DNA of 64,000 nt from Psammoneis japonica. Its lineage: Eukaryota. The stretch is taken from the NCBI GenBank assembly GCA_008632985.1, contig QPGO01000014.1, forward strand, positions 310,001-374,000, read 5' to 3'. The notes under the pieces were generated by a model. The model saw only the letters and a program-made list of their open reading frames with translations, did not search any database and had not been told where the DNA came from. Position numbers and translations under genes: made by a program. Below are positions 1 to 12,879 of this stretch, piece after piece (positions within the stretch are counted from its first letter, which is position 1; each line of letters starts with the position of its first letter).

Positions 1-1403
1 AAAGCTTTTCTCACTGCAGGTCTTCTTCTCTTTTGGTTGCAAGATTTGTTGCTCTTGTCACCTCTGCCACACAACCACAACTTTGGCCTTGGTCTCTTCT
101 GCTTCTTGTTTTGCCCCCTCCTTTGCCACTCATTGTGCAGATGTTCACTGCAGGTTGGCATTTTGCAAGCACTCAATGTGCTGGTGCCAGCAACTCTTTG
201 GAGCACATGTTGAACTGGCAAGTCAATGTTGCCAAAAGGGAGTCCCACCAGGCTTCCTGTGATTCTCACTTCACTTGTCTTGGCAGTCTGTGTTGTCTGT
301 GGGTTGGCGCCAAAAGGTGCCTGGATGAACTGCAAACTCATGCAGTGACAGGTGCCTGCTGATGCCAAATGACAGGCCAAATGATTCACTCCAAAGAGTG
401 AGACAAGCCAAAAGCCAAAGGCAAATGATCAATGATGGTGAGGAGGTCCTCCACCACACAGAGAATCATTCTTTGAGCCACATCAGGGGACAAAACATCT
501 TTTCTTCAACGCACCCATGGGTCTGTTGCAACTGGCACCCATTTTCTGAAGCAGTGCAAGGTTGGTTGCTTGCTCACTGACAATGCTTGAAAAAACTCAT
601 CAAGCAACAAGTGGGGGGTGAGAACCTTGAAAATCTTGGCTTGAGCCCTCACAACAACAAAAACTGGCAAGGTGCACTCAAAAACAAGTTCCAACTTGAA
701 GGCATCAACACATTGAAGCAAGACCATGGGTTTGTGACCTGCCACTTTTGTCAGCATCACATTGTCTCCAAGACACCTTTCTTCAGCATGCACTGCAGCT
801 GGGCCATGCAGCCAGATTTGTGACAGGATGGAGAAGTCTTGCTTGCCTTCTCCCCTTCTTGTGTGTGTGGGATGATGCACAGTTCAGCTCAGGTGGGTCA
901 TTTGCAGCTGATGGCAATGCTGCTCCTCCAGATTGTTGACTTCCTTGCAAGAAACATTTTCAAAATGATGAGCCAGCATCTTCTTTTCAACCATGTGCTG
1001 GGGGGTGGCTGCAGCAGGTTGAGCTTTCAAAGCACACCACCACACATCACCATCTCAAGCACTCTGCTGCAAAACTGTGTCTTGTGCGTCAAGTCACTCT
1101 CCCCACACATGTCAGGCACTGCTTTCATGACAAGATCCATGTTGTCATTTTTGAAGTCTGTGACTGCATGCCTGTTGAATGAGCTCCAATGGACAGATGC
1201 TGGGGGCACAGCAGCAACCAAATGAGCTCAGTGTGTGCAAAGTTTTTGTCCTGCACACACCAAACACATTGCTCTCTCTTCAATTTTGAAAGCTGGTGGC
1301 AAGAGCTCCTCCTGGTTGTCAAGCTGCAAGCACAACTTTGGCAGCTCACATGGGGCAGCAACAATGGCGTGGCAGTGGCATGGCCAAGCTGTGCACAAAA
1401 AGC
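1..1403. other. Degraded TpA-free, CpG-poor sequence (older repeat/pseudogene) that was the target of the Copia insertion; continues at 8621-~9250
   Basis: No TpA found by eye in 1-1450 and very few CpG. Only short Cys/His-rich ORFs. The same composition resumes after the right TSD. Confidence 0.6.
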
Positions 1404-1597
1404 TGACAGAACACCAAAGGTCGACAATGACAGAGGTGTGAAAGACTCCCTAAAGTGCCAGGACTGTGACAACACGAGCACTGGCAGATGAGAAAGTGAG
1501 AAGCAGATCTCAGAGAGATCTGCTCGTCCATCTAAATGGTCCAGCCATCATCCGCATCCAGTCTGTCCATCCTGTGGTGGGTGCAGATGGGCTGACA
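1404..1597 (-). repeat. 3' LTR of Copia-1
   Basis: Colinear with 8422-8615, 14 substitutions, no indels. Confidence 0.95.
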
Positions 1598-1774
1598 CCC
1601 TCCCCTGATCTGCAACATCTCAAGATGGAGAACAGTGCAGATCAAACCAAAGAACATGGATGATGTGAGGAAAAAACAGAGAGACTGGACATGGGACATG
1701 ACAAGTGTCCATGCCCAATGCGCAATCAAGCAAGGGGGCAATTCACAGCAGGGAGGCCACCGCGGAAAAAAATG

Positions 1775-4700
1775 TCAACAGCAGTGTCCCATCATGCGTC
1801 GAGCGTGGCGAGCGTGTGGCACCCAGCCAAGAGCCTTGGCAAGGTCATCGCTGGGGTTGACAATGCCAGGGACATGTCTTGTGACAATCTTGCCCACTTC
1901 CTTCCATTCTTGGATCGCAAAAAACTGGATCTCAATGTGACAGGAGCGCTCGGTCGGAATCGAGTGATTGATGATCTTGATTGCCGATTCGTTGTCAACA
2001 CATGACGGGGTTGGCTTCGTCTGAGGGAAGCCCAGGTCTTGTAGAACGTGACGAAGGCACAGCACATGCTTGGCAGCAGTTCCAGCAGCACAAAATTCAG
2101 CTTCCGTAGAGCTTGCAGCGGCCACCGATTGGGTCTTGCACCGAAAAGACACAGCAGCACCAGCTGACATGCAAGCACAGCCAGTCGTAGAACGACGGTT
2201 GCGGAGGTCATTGCCATGAGCAGCATCCAAGAAAGCAATGAGTTGATGATCACATGCAGGACAAGGGAACGATGGTAAGGTCGGGTCCGGAGTGAGACGT
2301 TCGAAGGGGCAGGCAGGCAGTTTTGAGTCTCGGGTGGGCTTCTTGCAGTTCAATTCCCAATGCTTGGTGCGGCGAAGGCACTTGCACATTCCTTTGAGCG
2401 CGTCACAGTGAACCACAGCAGGACAGGTCGAGAACTTGGAGAGAGCAGTGACAGCATGCCCAATGTCCAGTTGACAGACAACGCACGCATGCAACAATTC
2501 GCCAAGAAGAGTTCGGCAGCTGAAACCAGCAGCTTGTTGTGGCTCCGCATGCTCCGGGGTTCCTTCAGCTGGGCCAACAGCAGTGTGCAGTTCGCGAACA
2601 GAGTCAACAGGGAGTGGCGCAGCCTTGCAGTCATCGTCGAGTTCCTCGTCCGTCGGTGTCGACCAACCATGTGAGGCACAAACCCGATCTACACAGCTGT
2701 GAACAGCAATGCCAATGGAGTCATCACATTGATGAACATCCACTCCATTGAATTCTTCAATCAAGCCAAGACACTTGAACGGCGGAGAGGTTTCCGATTC
2801 CAATTGGAGAGCTTTGCCAATCTTGTTGTAGATCTTGATCGCAACAGACTCTTCAGGACAAGCGAGAGAGAAATCATCAACCTGATGGAGGAGCAAGATC
2901 TTGTGTCCTTCAAAAGCAGCAGAGCAGATGCATTTGTCATGAGCAGTGTTGCGAAAAAGCAGGTTCACATCAGACAAAATGCCGTTGATGTGCGTCTCCC
3001 AGAGCACGCCGGCTTCTGGGTGTCCTTGGAGTGCATGTTGCATCGGAAGTGCCATGCTCCCATCCAAGTCAATGCCAAATCGAGCCTTGCACCAGGTCGC
3101 GCATGCCTTGTCTGTGGCAACACACACGGGATGTGACGGTCGTGGGGAGTGTGCATGGGCATCACGAGCATCCCCGCCAAAGACAGGATAGCTCATGGTC
3201 GCAGCAAGGGCAAAAAACATGCATTGGATGGGTTGCTCGACACGGGATGAGCACGTCGAGTGGAGACGATGTAGCATCGATGCAGCACGGGGAGATCCAT
3301 CGCAGCACTGTCGAGAGTGCCGTGTGCCATCATGCTTGAGGTCATGTTGCCAATGCGGACGAAGTGCGATGGCATCCTTGGGTCGTTCAATCGGTGCACC
3401 AAACATCCCCAACTCATGGAACTGGTCAAGTTGTTTGAATTCACCTGCATGCCATTCGGGCCATGTGTCCAACTTCTTGAGATGATGGCGGGTGAAAGTG
3501 CCTGAGGCTTGTTCCTCTGGAGCAATGGCGTGAGATGATGCAGCACAGACATTGACTGTGCCATTGTCACAATTGACAAAGAACGGCAGAGGGACATCGT
3601 CATCATCCGTTTCGGAGAAATCAATGTCGGGGTGGCGGATGGCAGCAATGGCACGCATGTCGGCGTTGGTGATTTCCGGAACATGTTCATCATCAGGATC
3701 AGGAGTCGGTGCATGTGTGTTGTGTTCCATCAGAGCACGTTGTAGAGCTTGAGAGTCCAGGCGACGTTCCAGCGCAAATTCAATTTCAAAATGAGTCTTG
3801 CCAGAATCACAGACTTGCTGAAAACGTTTGACAGCCTCCTCTGCCGTGAACACAGGATGATCATCGATCGATGCGACACATGCACCCTTGATCTTGTTGC
3901 GGGTGGCCTTCAAAGAAGAGAAAAGATGCGCAGCAGGAGAACCATGCTTGATGTCAGAGACAAATGCTCGCCGATGGAGATCGTCCGTAGCCAAGGAAAG
4001 TCCAAACGTGGGATCAGCAAATGGTCCCTTCATCGTACGCTTGATGGTCTTGGCAAAAGGATTCCCATGAAAGTGAAACTCATCCATCGTGGTTTCTTCA
4101 GTCTTGGCAGGTAAAGCCTTGCCATCTTGAGCACGTTCCAAGTGAACCACATTCGGCGGAAGAGAGTCGTGGGGAAGATCATTCATGCCCTCATCACAGC
4201 GGATGTGCTTGGCAAGCTTGACACGCGATGTCTCAGTGTCATGCCAAAGAATGTTCTTGGCAGTGTCCGGAAGATGACCTGAGAACATTCCCTTGCAAGA
4301 GACAGACCGAAATTTTGCTGGGCGGTGATTCGACGCACGCACCCACACTCGACAACCAAATGCACGAAAGTTCTTGAAATCATCCTTCCGACCAGCAGCG
4401 AGAGCAATCGGAGCAGCAGGTTGTCCGCGGGATGGCACAGCGTTGTTGATTCAAGTGAAATGATGAAAAGCACAGGGCCAGAATTTTGTGGGCAAATCGG
4501 CACTGATTGGCATCGCCCGGATGGCGTTGGCAACAGACAAATGACTGCGTTCCACTGGGTCACTCTGATTTGAAGCATCTTTTCCTGTAGGACGAATTAC
4601 ATGATGAAAGTCATCCTCGAAGAGTTGCCGAACTTCTGGGTTTTGATGCAGTTCACCTCCTTGATCCATGAGCACACATTTGTCTGGACATTTTGGCGAG

Positions 4701-6133
4701 TGCTCTTCCAGAAAGTGGTGAAGCCAATTCAAAGGGGTTGCCTTGGAGACACGAGTCGCACCATGGAGATGCTTCGTTTTATGATCGTAAATGGCAATCC
4801 AACAAGTCTCGCCATTCAATCCAACACAGTCCTTGGTGCGCTCCGAATTCTTGGAGCGTAGGCCAGAGAAGGAAAAATCAATCGCAAGGCCTTGGTGGGG
4901 TTGGGTGGCAGTGAGAGCAGTGTTCAGACCAGCAGGTTCCTTCGTCTGCTTTGCTTGTGTGCATGTGGGACAAGTGTTGAGGGGAGAGGTTCCGTGAGCA
5001 AACTTGGGGACGCCGTCAACGTGTTTGTGGGCATTGTAAAGGCAGTGATCACTCGGATGACCAAGTCGCTGATGCCACAAAAGACCTTCCGTGTCGGCCT
5101 TGAGAGACTGGACAGGAACATTCTTCTCAGCATGCTTCTCGAAAGGAACATCTTGACAGACACGGGGGATCAACTTGCGTTCATCACGAAGAGCTTCATG
5201 TTGGTGGGTGCGACAAGTCTCAATCACACACACAGAGACCGCTTCACACTCATTGGCAAAAGAAGGATCACTGGTCTTGAGGCGCTCGATGGATGCATCC
5301 AGTTCATCGTTAGATTCCGGGAGAATGAGAGGGTGAGCAAAACATTTTCCACTGATCAATTTCCCATGAACAATGACATCCTGACTCTTGCGCAATCGGT
5401 GTCGTGCAACAAACTTGCAGGTGCCAAGATCTTGGAACTTGAGAATGCAATCGACATTGCAATCTGCGCGACGAGTGCCATTTTGATGGAGCAGTGGTCG
5501 CTCATCGACCAACGTAGATTGGATCTGCGGGTGACAGCATGTACGAACCTCAACACATCCGGCAGAGTTCTCTGCAGGAATCCGCAGGCATCCGAAACCA
5601 ACTGGGACAGCTTGATGGCCAAGGGCGGGATTGACAGCAAGGGGACAGGGATGAGACGGAGTGAATTCTTGGTGTCGATGGAGGAGGTCACGGTCGCCTG
5701 TGCACGCAACATCAGCACCTGCATCGAGTTGAGCACAACGTTCATTCGGAGCAAAATTGACCCCATGGACAGAGCAAGTAGAGCGCAGCAGTTCTGGTTC
5801 AGGAGAGTGAGTTGCTTGGTGTGGATCAATCAGAGCAACTCGAACAGAATTGACTGCAGCAAAACCATCTTCAACGGCCATGTCATCATAGGTGAGATCA
5901 ATGTGTTCCTCAAAATCTGGTGTTTCTGAGGCTTCCCTCCCCTGTTCCACAGGATCCGGAGTGGGAGCAGCATCGACGGTGTCTTCTTGAGGAGCAGGGT
6001 CATCGTCTGGCAATTTGCCAGTGTCAAATGACACCTTCTTGGCAGTGGCAGGGGTGGTGTCCATGTCAATCTGCGGAGAAAGAGGCACTTCAGCGGCAGA
6101 TGACGAGACGGTTAGTCCCTCTTTCAAGGTCAT
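1775..6133 (-). pseudogene. Copia-1 pol (protease, integrase, reverse transcriptase, RNase H), split into ORFs 4451-6133 and 1775-4438
   Basis: LDAGADV protease motif, LWHQRLGH and CPTC integrase zinc region, MDQGGE integrase core, ALQGHPEAG and LHQVDD (CoDi-type RT), DAAHGND/STEAEF/DNESAI RNase H. Only 2 Tyr in the 887-aa ORF. Confidence 0.92.
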
Positions 6134-6498
6134 CTTGCTGACATTAGTCGTGTCTCGGTGAGGAGAAAACGGGCAGCGTCGGAGATCCGAAACTAGCTGC
6201 GACGGCCCAATTGAAAATCCGAGGGCGGAGCACCAGATTTGGTCAAATTTTCAGGGTTTTCATGATGAGGGGGGAGCAGGCCTTGGGGTCCTTGGAACTC
6301 AGAAGCACGCACAGCTGCCTCCCTCTTCAAGAATTGGCAAAAGCGGACATGGAATCCCTTGACACATGGATTGTTCCGCAAGACTGGACAGTCGTCAAAT
6401 GAGTGTTCACCGGAGCAAACGAGACATGGTTTCTTGGAAGCTTCAGTTGGAGTGACTTTCAGCTTGTAAACTGAAGCCGAGTGGACATGGTGAAGGAG

Positions 6499-8274
6499 TC
6501 AATCTTCGTCCGTGGAGGGGAACTCGAGTCCATGCAACTCGTTGCAAAGAGTGTCGAAGGCATCTGAAGACAGAGATTCTGCACCAGCATCTTCAACAGT
6601 GGAGTCATCGACTGGTTCAAGTGGAGGGATCTCGGGGACCTGGAGAGCATTGACATCAATGGTCGTGCGTCGTGTTTCCTCATTGGTGCGGTTCCATTTA
6701 CGGTGGGGATTGGATGGCGTCGCACGGGTGTTGAGGGATGGACCACCCGGTTGGCGGAGGAAATCAGAGAGAGTCTTGACAATCTGTGCATCGGCGCACT
6801 TCTTCTGCACAGCTGGAGACATCCGTTCATCTCTGGCAGCACAAGACAAGAACTTGGAGCACTTGGTGTTCTCAACAAAGATGGTCATCTCTCGTGGATC
6901 ACTCAACGTAGAGTCCGCATCAAAGATGCAGGCACGCAGCTGCAGGAAATCATTGAAAATCATGTGGTGGTCCATCAATGATCGATTGCCTTGGGTGGGA
7001 CAGGAATCAACTGGTCCTGCAGCATCGTGGTCAAAAGCAGGGTGATTCTCGTAGACAATCTGCTTGAGAGCCTTGCACCCATTGCCGCAGCATGATGCAA
7101 CAATCCGATGATGCTTGCTGTTCTTGGGGAACATGTCCGACTTGGATGGGATCTTGTGGAGAGAGCTCTGGGCTTCCTTGCAGTGGATGTACATGCACTG
7201 GGGTGAGTCGTCATCTTTGCCATTTCCAATCTCAAAACCTTTCTCACCACCGTGGTCCTTGGCAAAACACCACAATGGGTGCACGTGGCACCCTGAATCA
7301 AAGGCATGACGTTGGAAATTTTGGCACCATGCGCGCATCCCAGGAGGAGAGTCATCGTGACACACAGGAGGTTCCCTGAACAACATTTTCTGGTCAGGAG
7401 TCGAGCTCATGATGAAAAGAGTGCCATCATCAAGGATGATGCGATCGGATGCATCAATGCAGTGACGGAATCCATGGTCGCAAGGGACGAGAGAACTCTG
7501 GAGAGCAACTTTGCCGTCTTCTTTGCGGTCACAGCGTTCATGAACATCTTTTGGCAGCGTGTTTGGATTGAAGAGGCATTTCGATGTAACGGAAGATGTG
7601 GTGCTTCCGGATGACTTGGCAGAAGCAGCAAAAGGCGGAGCGTGGCTCGACGCATGTGTGTTGAGTGCATTGACTGAGTCACCCACACTCACCGCAGCCG
7701 ATCCTGCAGTTTTCTGAGGAGGAGACAGAGGCTGCTGTTTCTGCTGGTGGGGTGTGAGAGAGAATTCGTTCCAATTGCGACAGCTCCACATCATGTCCGG
7801 ATCAACACGCATGTGTTGGGTAGATGTGGTGATGAACAGAGATTGTTCACCGTTCTGAAGATTCGTCTTGATCATCTTTGACAAGATCGGAGTCGTCAGG
7901 CAGACTGGACGGGGCCTTTGAGGGTCAAGAAGTCTGAACGGGGCTTGATCCACAATCGACTTGATTGATTCTACATCCATGGGATCTGCTGTGCAAGGTG
8001 GAAATGCTTGGTGGATGAAACAATCGCGAAGTGTGTCCGCAAAATCGTTCTTGGGTTGCGCATGCTCTGGATCGTCAAAAAATCGATCGAGATCAGTTGT
8101 GGAGTCCGCACAAACCGCACTCAGGCACTGATGTAGATGTGGTGTCGTTGCATGTGCCTCAAATTCACAGCAGATCTCTGCAATTGACGCAGGAGCGGCT
8201 TTTGAGGTCGGGAGATGCCATGGTTTTAGTGGGTGGAGCCATTTTTTGGTCATGCACGTGTGGAAATCTGGCAT
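6499..8274 (-). pseudogene. Copia-1 gag-like ORF
   Basis: Long ORF between PBS and pol. Homologous to the 5' part of the deleted copy at 30580-31365. Confidence 0.75.
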
Positions 8275-8421
8275 GTTTCTACGACCGTGAAAAATGCCGG
8301 GAAAGCGAGATAAAAAGTTGTCTGATCAGACGATGAGGCTCGCTCGATCGGCTCACAAAACAAATGAATCGAAACAGAGAGCTTGGTGCAGAGGTCTGTG
8401 GCACAGCGCATGGCCACAACC

Positions 8422-8615
8422 TGACAGAATGCCAAAGGTCGACAATGACAGAGGCATGAAAGACTCCCCAAAGCACCAGGACTGTGACAACACGAGTGCC
8501 AGCAGATGAGAAAGTGAGAAGCAGATCTCAGAGAGATCTGCTCGTCCATCTAAATGGTCCAGCCATCATCCGCATCCAGTCTGTCCATCCTACGGTGGGT
8601 GTAGATGGGCTGACA
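8422..8615 (-). repeat. 5' LTR of Copia-1
   Basis: Direct repeat of 1404-1597, followed by TSD AAAGC. Confidence 0.95.
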
Positions 8616-9462
8616 AAAGCCTGCACTGTGGCAAAAAAGACACACAAAACAAGGAGAAGAGAGGGGGGAGAAGATGTCAGAAAAGCCTCTGTCAGCAGTC
8701 AGGCTGCTTTCAACATGAATGAAGATGTCTTGCTGTGTTTGCTTTTGCAGAAAAGTGGCACTTTGAAAGGCATGTTTGCACTGCTGCACTGTGCCTGCTG
8801 TGGTGCAGCTGAGCTTGTTGGCAGCACGCCGTTGCTGCCACATTTTTCTCAAAGAATGATGAGAAGAGGAGAGGGGCGCGGGCCATGCAGAGTGTTTTTG
8901 CCACCCCTTCTCACAGGCTGTGCGTGTGAAAAGGTCAACTGTCCTGCATGCAACACATTGCAAGAGTTCTTGGCAAACACTCCTGCCGTGCTGGGGATTT
9001 CAGACTTTGGCTCTCGTCCACATCAAAGAGACAGTGGCTGGCTGCAGCAGCAGATGTGGGGGCACCAGAGCCACCGCCACACATTGCCGTCTTTGTGACA
9101 TCACGACAATTCATGAGCCATTGTTCAGCTGGAGAAACACACAAGAGACTCAACATGTGTCTTGTGCATTTTATGGCCAATGTCAAGTTTGGGGTGCAAG
9201 TTGTTGCTGTGCCTCAATCTGCAAAACACACCAGCGTCAGGCGGATGGATGGGCGGACGTGGAAGGCTGAATGTTCTGTCTGTCCATCGTCCAAAGATCG
9301 CATCCGCGACGCCGGAGAGTTCGCATCGCGGACAGAAACCGCGGAGAAACTGAAAACACACAACGCACAACGCACCGTCACATCCATCACATCATCAGTT
9401 CACATCAAACTGTAGCAACAACAACAACAACAACAGCAACAACAAGAGTCAAAACATCAACG

Positions 9463-11338
9463 ATGTTCCGAGCGTTCCCAAAGCTAGTTCCAAGGGCCAC
9501 TGCCCGAATTCGGTCTTCTTTGGTTCGTTCTAGCAATAACTTATGGAAGAGTACTACTACGACACCATCGAGGCGATTGGAAGCCATGGTGATTCCGCTT
9601 TCCCGTCGAGGTGCGTATCGAGCCGTGACGGTGGTTGATCCGTCCGAGCAATCCAGAACTAGCGCTTCGAAAAACCTCGGTGGTGCTGTGGCAGCCATGG
9701 TGGCACTCTTGGGGTTATTAGCAACGTCTCCTCAAAACAATAATTCAAAATGCGAGTCCTTGACTCCCGCTGCTGTGGCACAAGATGACATTGATTACAT
9801 CACGTCGGCAAAAGAAGACGACTTGCCCGAGTACACGGCAGAGGAGGTGGCCAAGCACAATGGCCAAGATGGGACAAGTGTGTGGATGACCTATGGTGGG
9901 GTCGTTTATGACGTGACGGATTTTATTGCCAACCATCCCGGTGGATCGGAAAAGATAATCATGGCTGCCGGGTCGGTAAGAAAAAAAAGTGCAAAATGTC
10001 TGACGACTTACGCAAGATCATGTCCTTACCGTTTCTATTTTTCTACAAATCCTCTAGGCCATTGAACCGTACTGGCACTTGTATCGTCAACACTTTGCTA
10101 CCGACTTGCCCATGAAGCTCATGGAACACATGATGATTGGGAGATTGGCCGAAAAGGATCAAGACGAGATTGATGCACAAATGGAACAGATGGTGGACGA
10201 TCCGTACGAATCCGATCCCATGCGACACGCGTCCCTCAAGATTCATTCCGACACACCCATGAATGCCGAGTTGCCCTCGACGCTCTTGACGGAAAACTAT
10301 CTAACGCCTCCGGCGCTTTTTTACATTCGTCATCATCATCCCGTACCCATGGTCAAGAATGTGAACAAGTATCGTCTCAGTGTCGATTTGAAAGCGGTGG
10401 GCATTGAACAAGAATTGAAGCTGTCGTTGGAGGATATAAAGAAATTACCAAAGCACGAGGTTGTTGCAACGCTACAATGCAGTGGCAATCGTCGCAGCGG
10501 TTTCAATCAAGTCCAGCGGACCTCTGGCACGAGCTGGGGACAGGGTGCCATTTCTACCGCCAAGTGGGGCGGAGTGTGGTTGAGGGATGTGTTGGAGATG
10601 GCTGGTCTACAGGATGCAATTGAGGCACAAGAAAAGGATGGAATTGAACACGTCCGTTTCGAGAGCCTGGATGGCATGTCGGCATCGATTGGAATTGAAA
10701 AAGCCATGAACCCATACGGTGATGTGTTGTTGGCGTACGAAATGAATGACGAGCCGCTACCCCGTGACCACGGATATCCGATGCGATTGATAGTTCCAGG
10801 TTACGCTGCAGTCCGCAATGTTAAGTGGCTCAACAAGATTGAGCTGGCAAAAACAGAAGCAGAAGGACCGTGGCAACGCGGATTAAATTACAAAGTGTTG
10901 CCACCCTCCGTGACGGATGCCAAGAATATTCAACTGGAAAAAATGCCAAGCATGACTGAGGTCAGTTTGTTCTCGGGCATCACAAAGGTGGAACGTATCC
11001 AAGAGAGCTCAGGAGAAGTGCTGCTAAAGGTTGGTGGGTGGGCCTGGTCGGGCGGTGGACGCAACATTGTGCGGGTCGACGTGACTCCGGATGGTGGTAA
11101 GACCTGGTGCACGGCAAAGTTTACAAAAGGCAGTGATCAGAAGTTTGGAAGAGCTTGGGCCTGGACATTTTGGGAGTGTGAGGTACCGGCGGCGGTCCGA
11201 GAAGACGGTACGGTAGAACTCGCTTGCAAGGCGGTCGACATGGCTTTCAATGTGCAACCCGAAAAATGTGACCACATGTGGAATGTTCGAGGTCTTGGAA
11301 ACAACAGCTGGTACCGAACTTATGTGCGACTACAGTAG
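9463..11338 (+). CDS. SUOX: Sulfite oxidase (cytochrome b5 + Moco + dimerisation domains), mitochondrial-type presequence; intron 9976-10057
   Basis: YDVTDFIANHPGG b5 motif, FYIRHH, LQCSGNRR, DHGYPMRLIVPG, WNVRGLGNNSW. A phase-0 GT-AG intron joins the two ORFs (AAGS|AIEPYW). Confidence 0.95.
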
Positions 11339-11552
11339 GACCAACTAGAGAATTGTAAAGCAGTTAGAGAGAGTGCCTTATTTTTACATTGTTTTGAAGA
11401 AAAGCAGGGTTGCCATCACTTGTCGTCTTTCGAAGAGAAGAAAGAGAAACTACTGACACAGGGGAGTGACATGGAATTAGCTATTGCAACAGTAATTTAG
11501 CCTATGTACAATTTTGTGCATCCCAAGAGATGCACACCTTGCTGCTGCTGTA

Positions 11553-12643
11553 CTACTGGTATTCCAAAAACGAGTTCATCACATTTCTGTAGTCACCAGA
11601 CCACCTTCTCGATGCCGTCTTCTCGCCCAAATGGAAGCGGGATCCATTTATTATTTTCTTGCTGGTAAACAAGTTTATATCCAACAGATAGTCCGCTGGA
11701 ACAAGGGAATGAATGTATGCATTGTATTTTTCGTACGCTTGTCTCAACACCGAAAAGTCGGTCACTCCTAAATCCGTGGCGGACCCGCTACACTGCGAGT
11801 ATGAAAAGGGGTCTGGCGTATCTTGCCATTTCGAGCAAACAAAACCAACACTGCTCTTTCGGTGATCTCCCTGTCGTTTCGTTGCCCACGCCCGTGAATC
11901 ACGACGAGTCAGAATCACCTTGGTGGTGGGCCCTAGCGCAAAATATAGCTCTGTGATTATATTCACAAATGGAGAATCCATCAGCACAATTCGCCCACAG
12001 TCTCCACAGGACAGCATACGAGCCAAACCATCGGCCTGAATGTTGCGCAGTCTCTGATACGCTTTTTCGTCCACATTTTCACGATCCCGTACGCCCATCA
12101 TTGCCAGACGCGTGTCTCGTACGACGTCCGTGGCTGCTGTATTCATGCAAGCTTGGATTGACTCGTTTAAGCACCCGCGCACCTTTCCAAAATGAATCGT
12201 TGTAAAGTTTATTGGGGGGAGCCAGTTTTGTGCCACGTCTCTCGTTCCCGTTGTACCGCGTCCGGCCAAAAGAGCAATGGAAGAATTGTAGTTTTGAACC
12301 GCATCTACGATCTTGTGAAAAAAGGGCATATCCGGCAAAAGCTCTGTCAAAGCCAGCTCGGGACGTCGCTGCAATGCGGCGAGAGGACTGGAATCAAAGA
12401 TTCGGGAATTAAGGATGTCGTATCGTTGGAGATTATTTGTGCGCATGGACTGGCATTTTGTTCTTCCACCGTATCGGCGCGAACCAGAACCGACGAATCG
12501 CAGCCTTCTATTGTTGTTTGCATCGGCGTTGTGACAAACAGCAAATTCCCCTGCCTCCATTGCACTGTCAGTATCAATGTCAACGCTGCTGCTACGAATA
12601 TAGGATCGAATCCAGCTCGGCGCTTCTTCTGAACCAGGCCCAT
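11553..12643 (-). CDS. Type II membrane P-loop sulfotransferase-like protein; apparent 1-nt frameshift near 12350
   Basis: N-terminal basic stretch and TM in ORF 12347-12652. GRGTTGT and KVILTRRDSRAW motifs in ORF 11553-12731. The frames join across a T run. Confidence 0.6.
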
Positions 12644-12879
12644 GATGTTCACAGTTGTTCACAATGTTGAACGATTGACGGTTGCGCTGCAGGTGAGATG
12701 TTGACGGATGAATAACAGGCAAATCAGGCAAACGAACCGAACTCTCTACGCTGCGCTATCCATACGGTAGTACTCGTAGCTACGTAGGGCCCTACTGTAA
12801 AGAGATAAAAGAAAATGGAAAAAATGAGACAAACCGGCAAACGGGATTAGAATCCGGGACCAACCCGGGACTCGTGTAA

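Larger units (their letters stand above)
1404..8615 (-). mobile_element. Full-length Ty1/Copia LTR retrotransposon (CoDi-like), hypermutated (Copia-1)
   Basis: 194-bp TG...CA LTRs at 1404-1597 and 8422-8615. 5-bp TSD AAAGC (1399-1403, 8616-8620). PPT AGGGGAGGG before the 3' LTR. PBS-like GGTTGTGGCC after the 5' LTR. Domain order gag-PR-INT-RT-RH. Confidence 0.96.
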
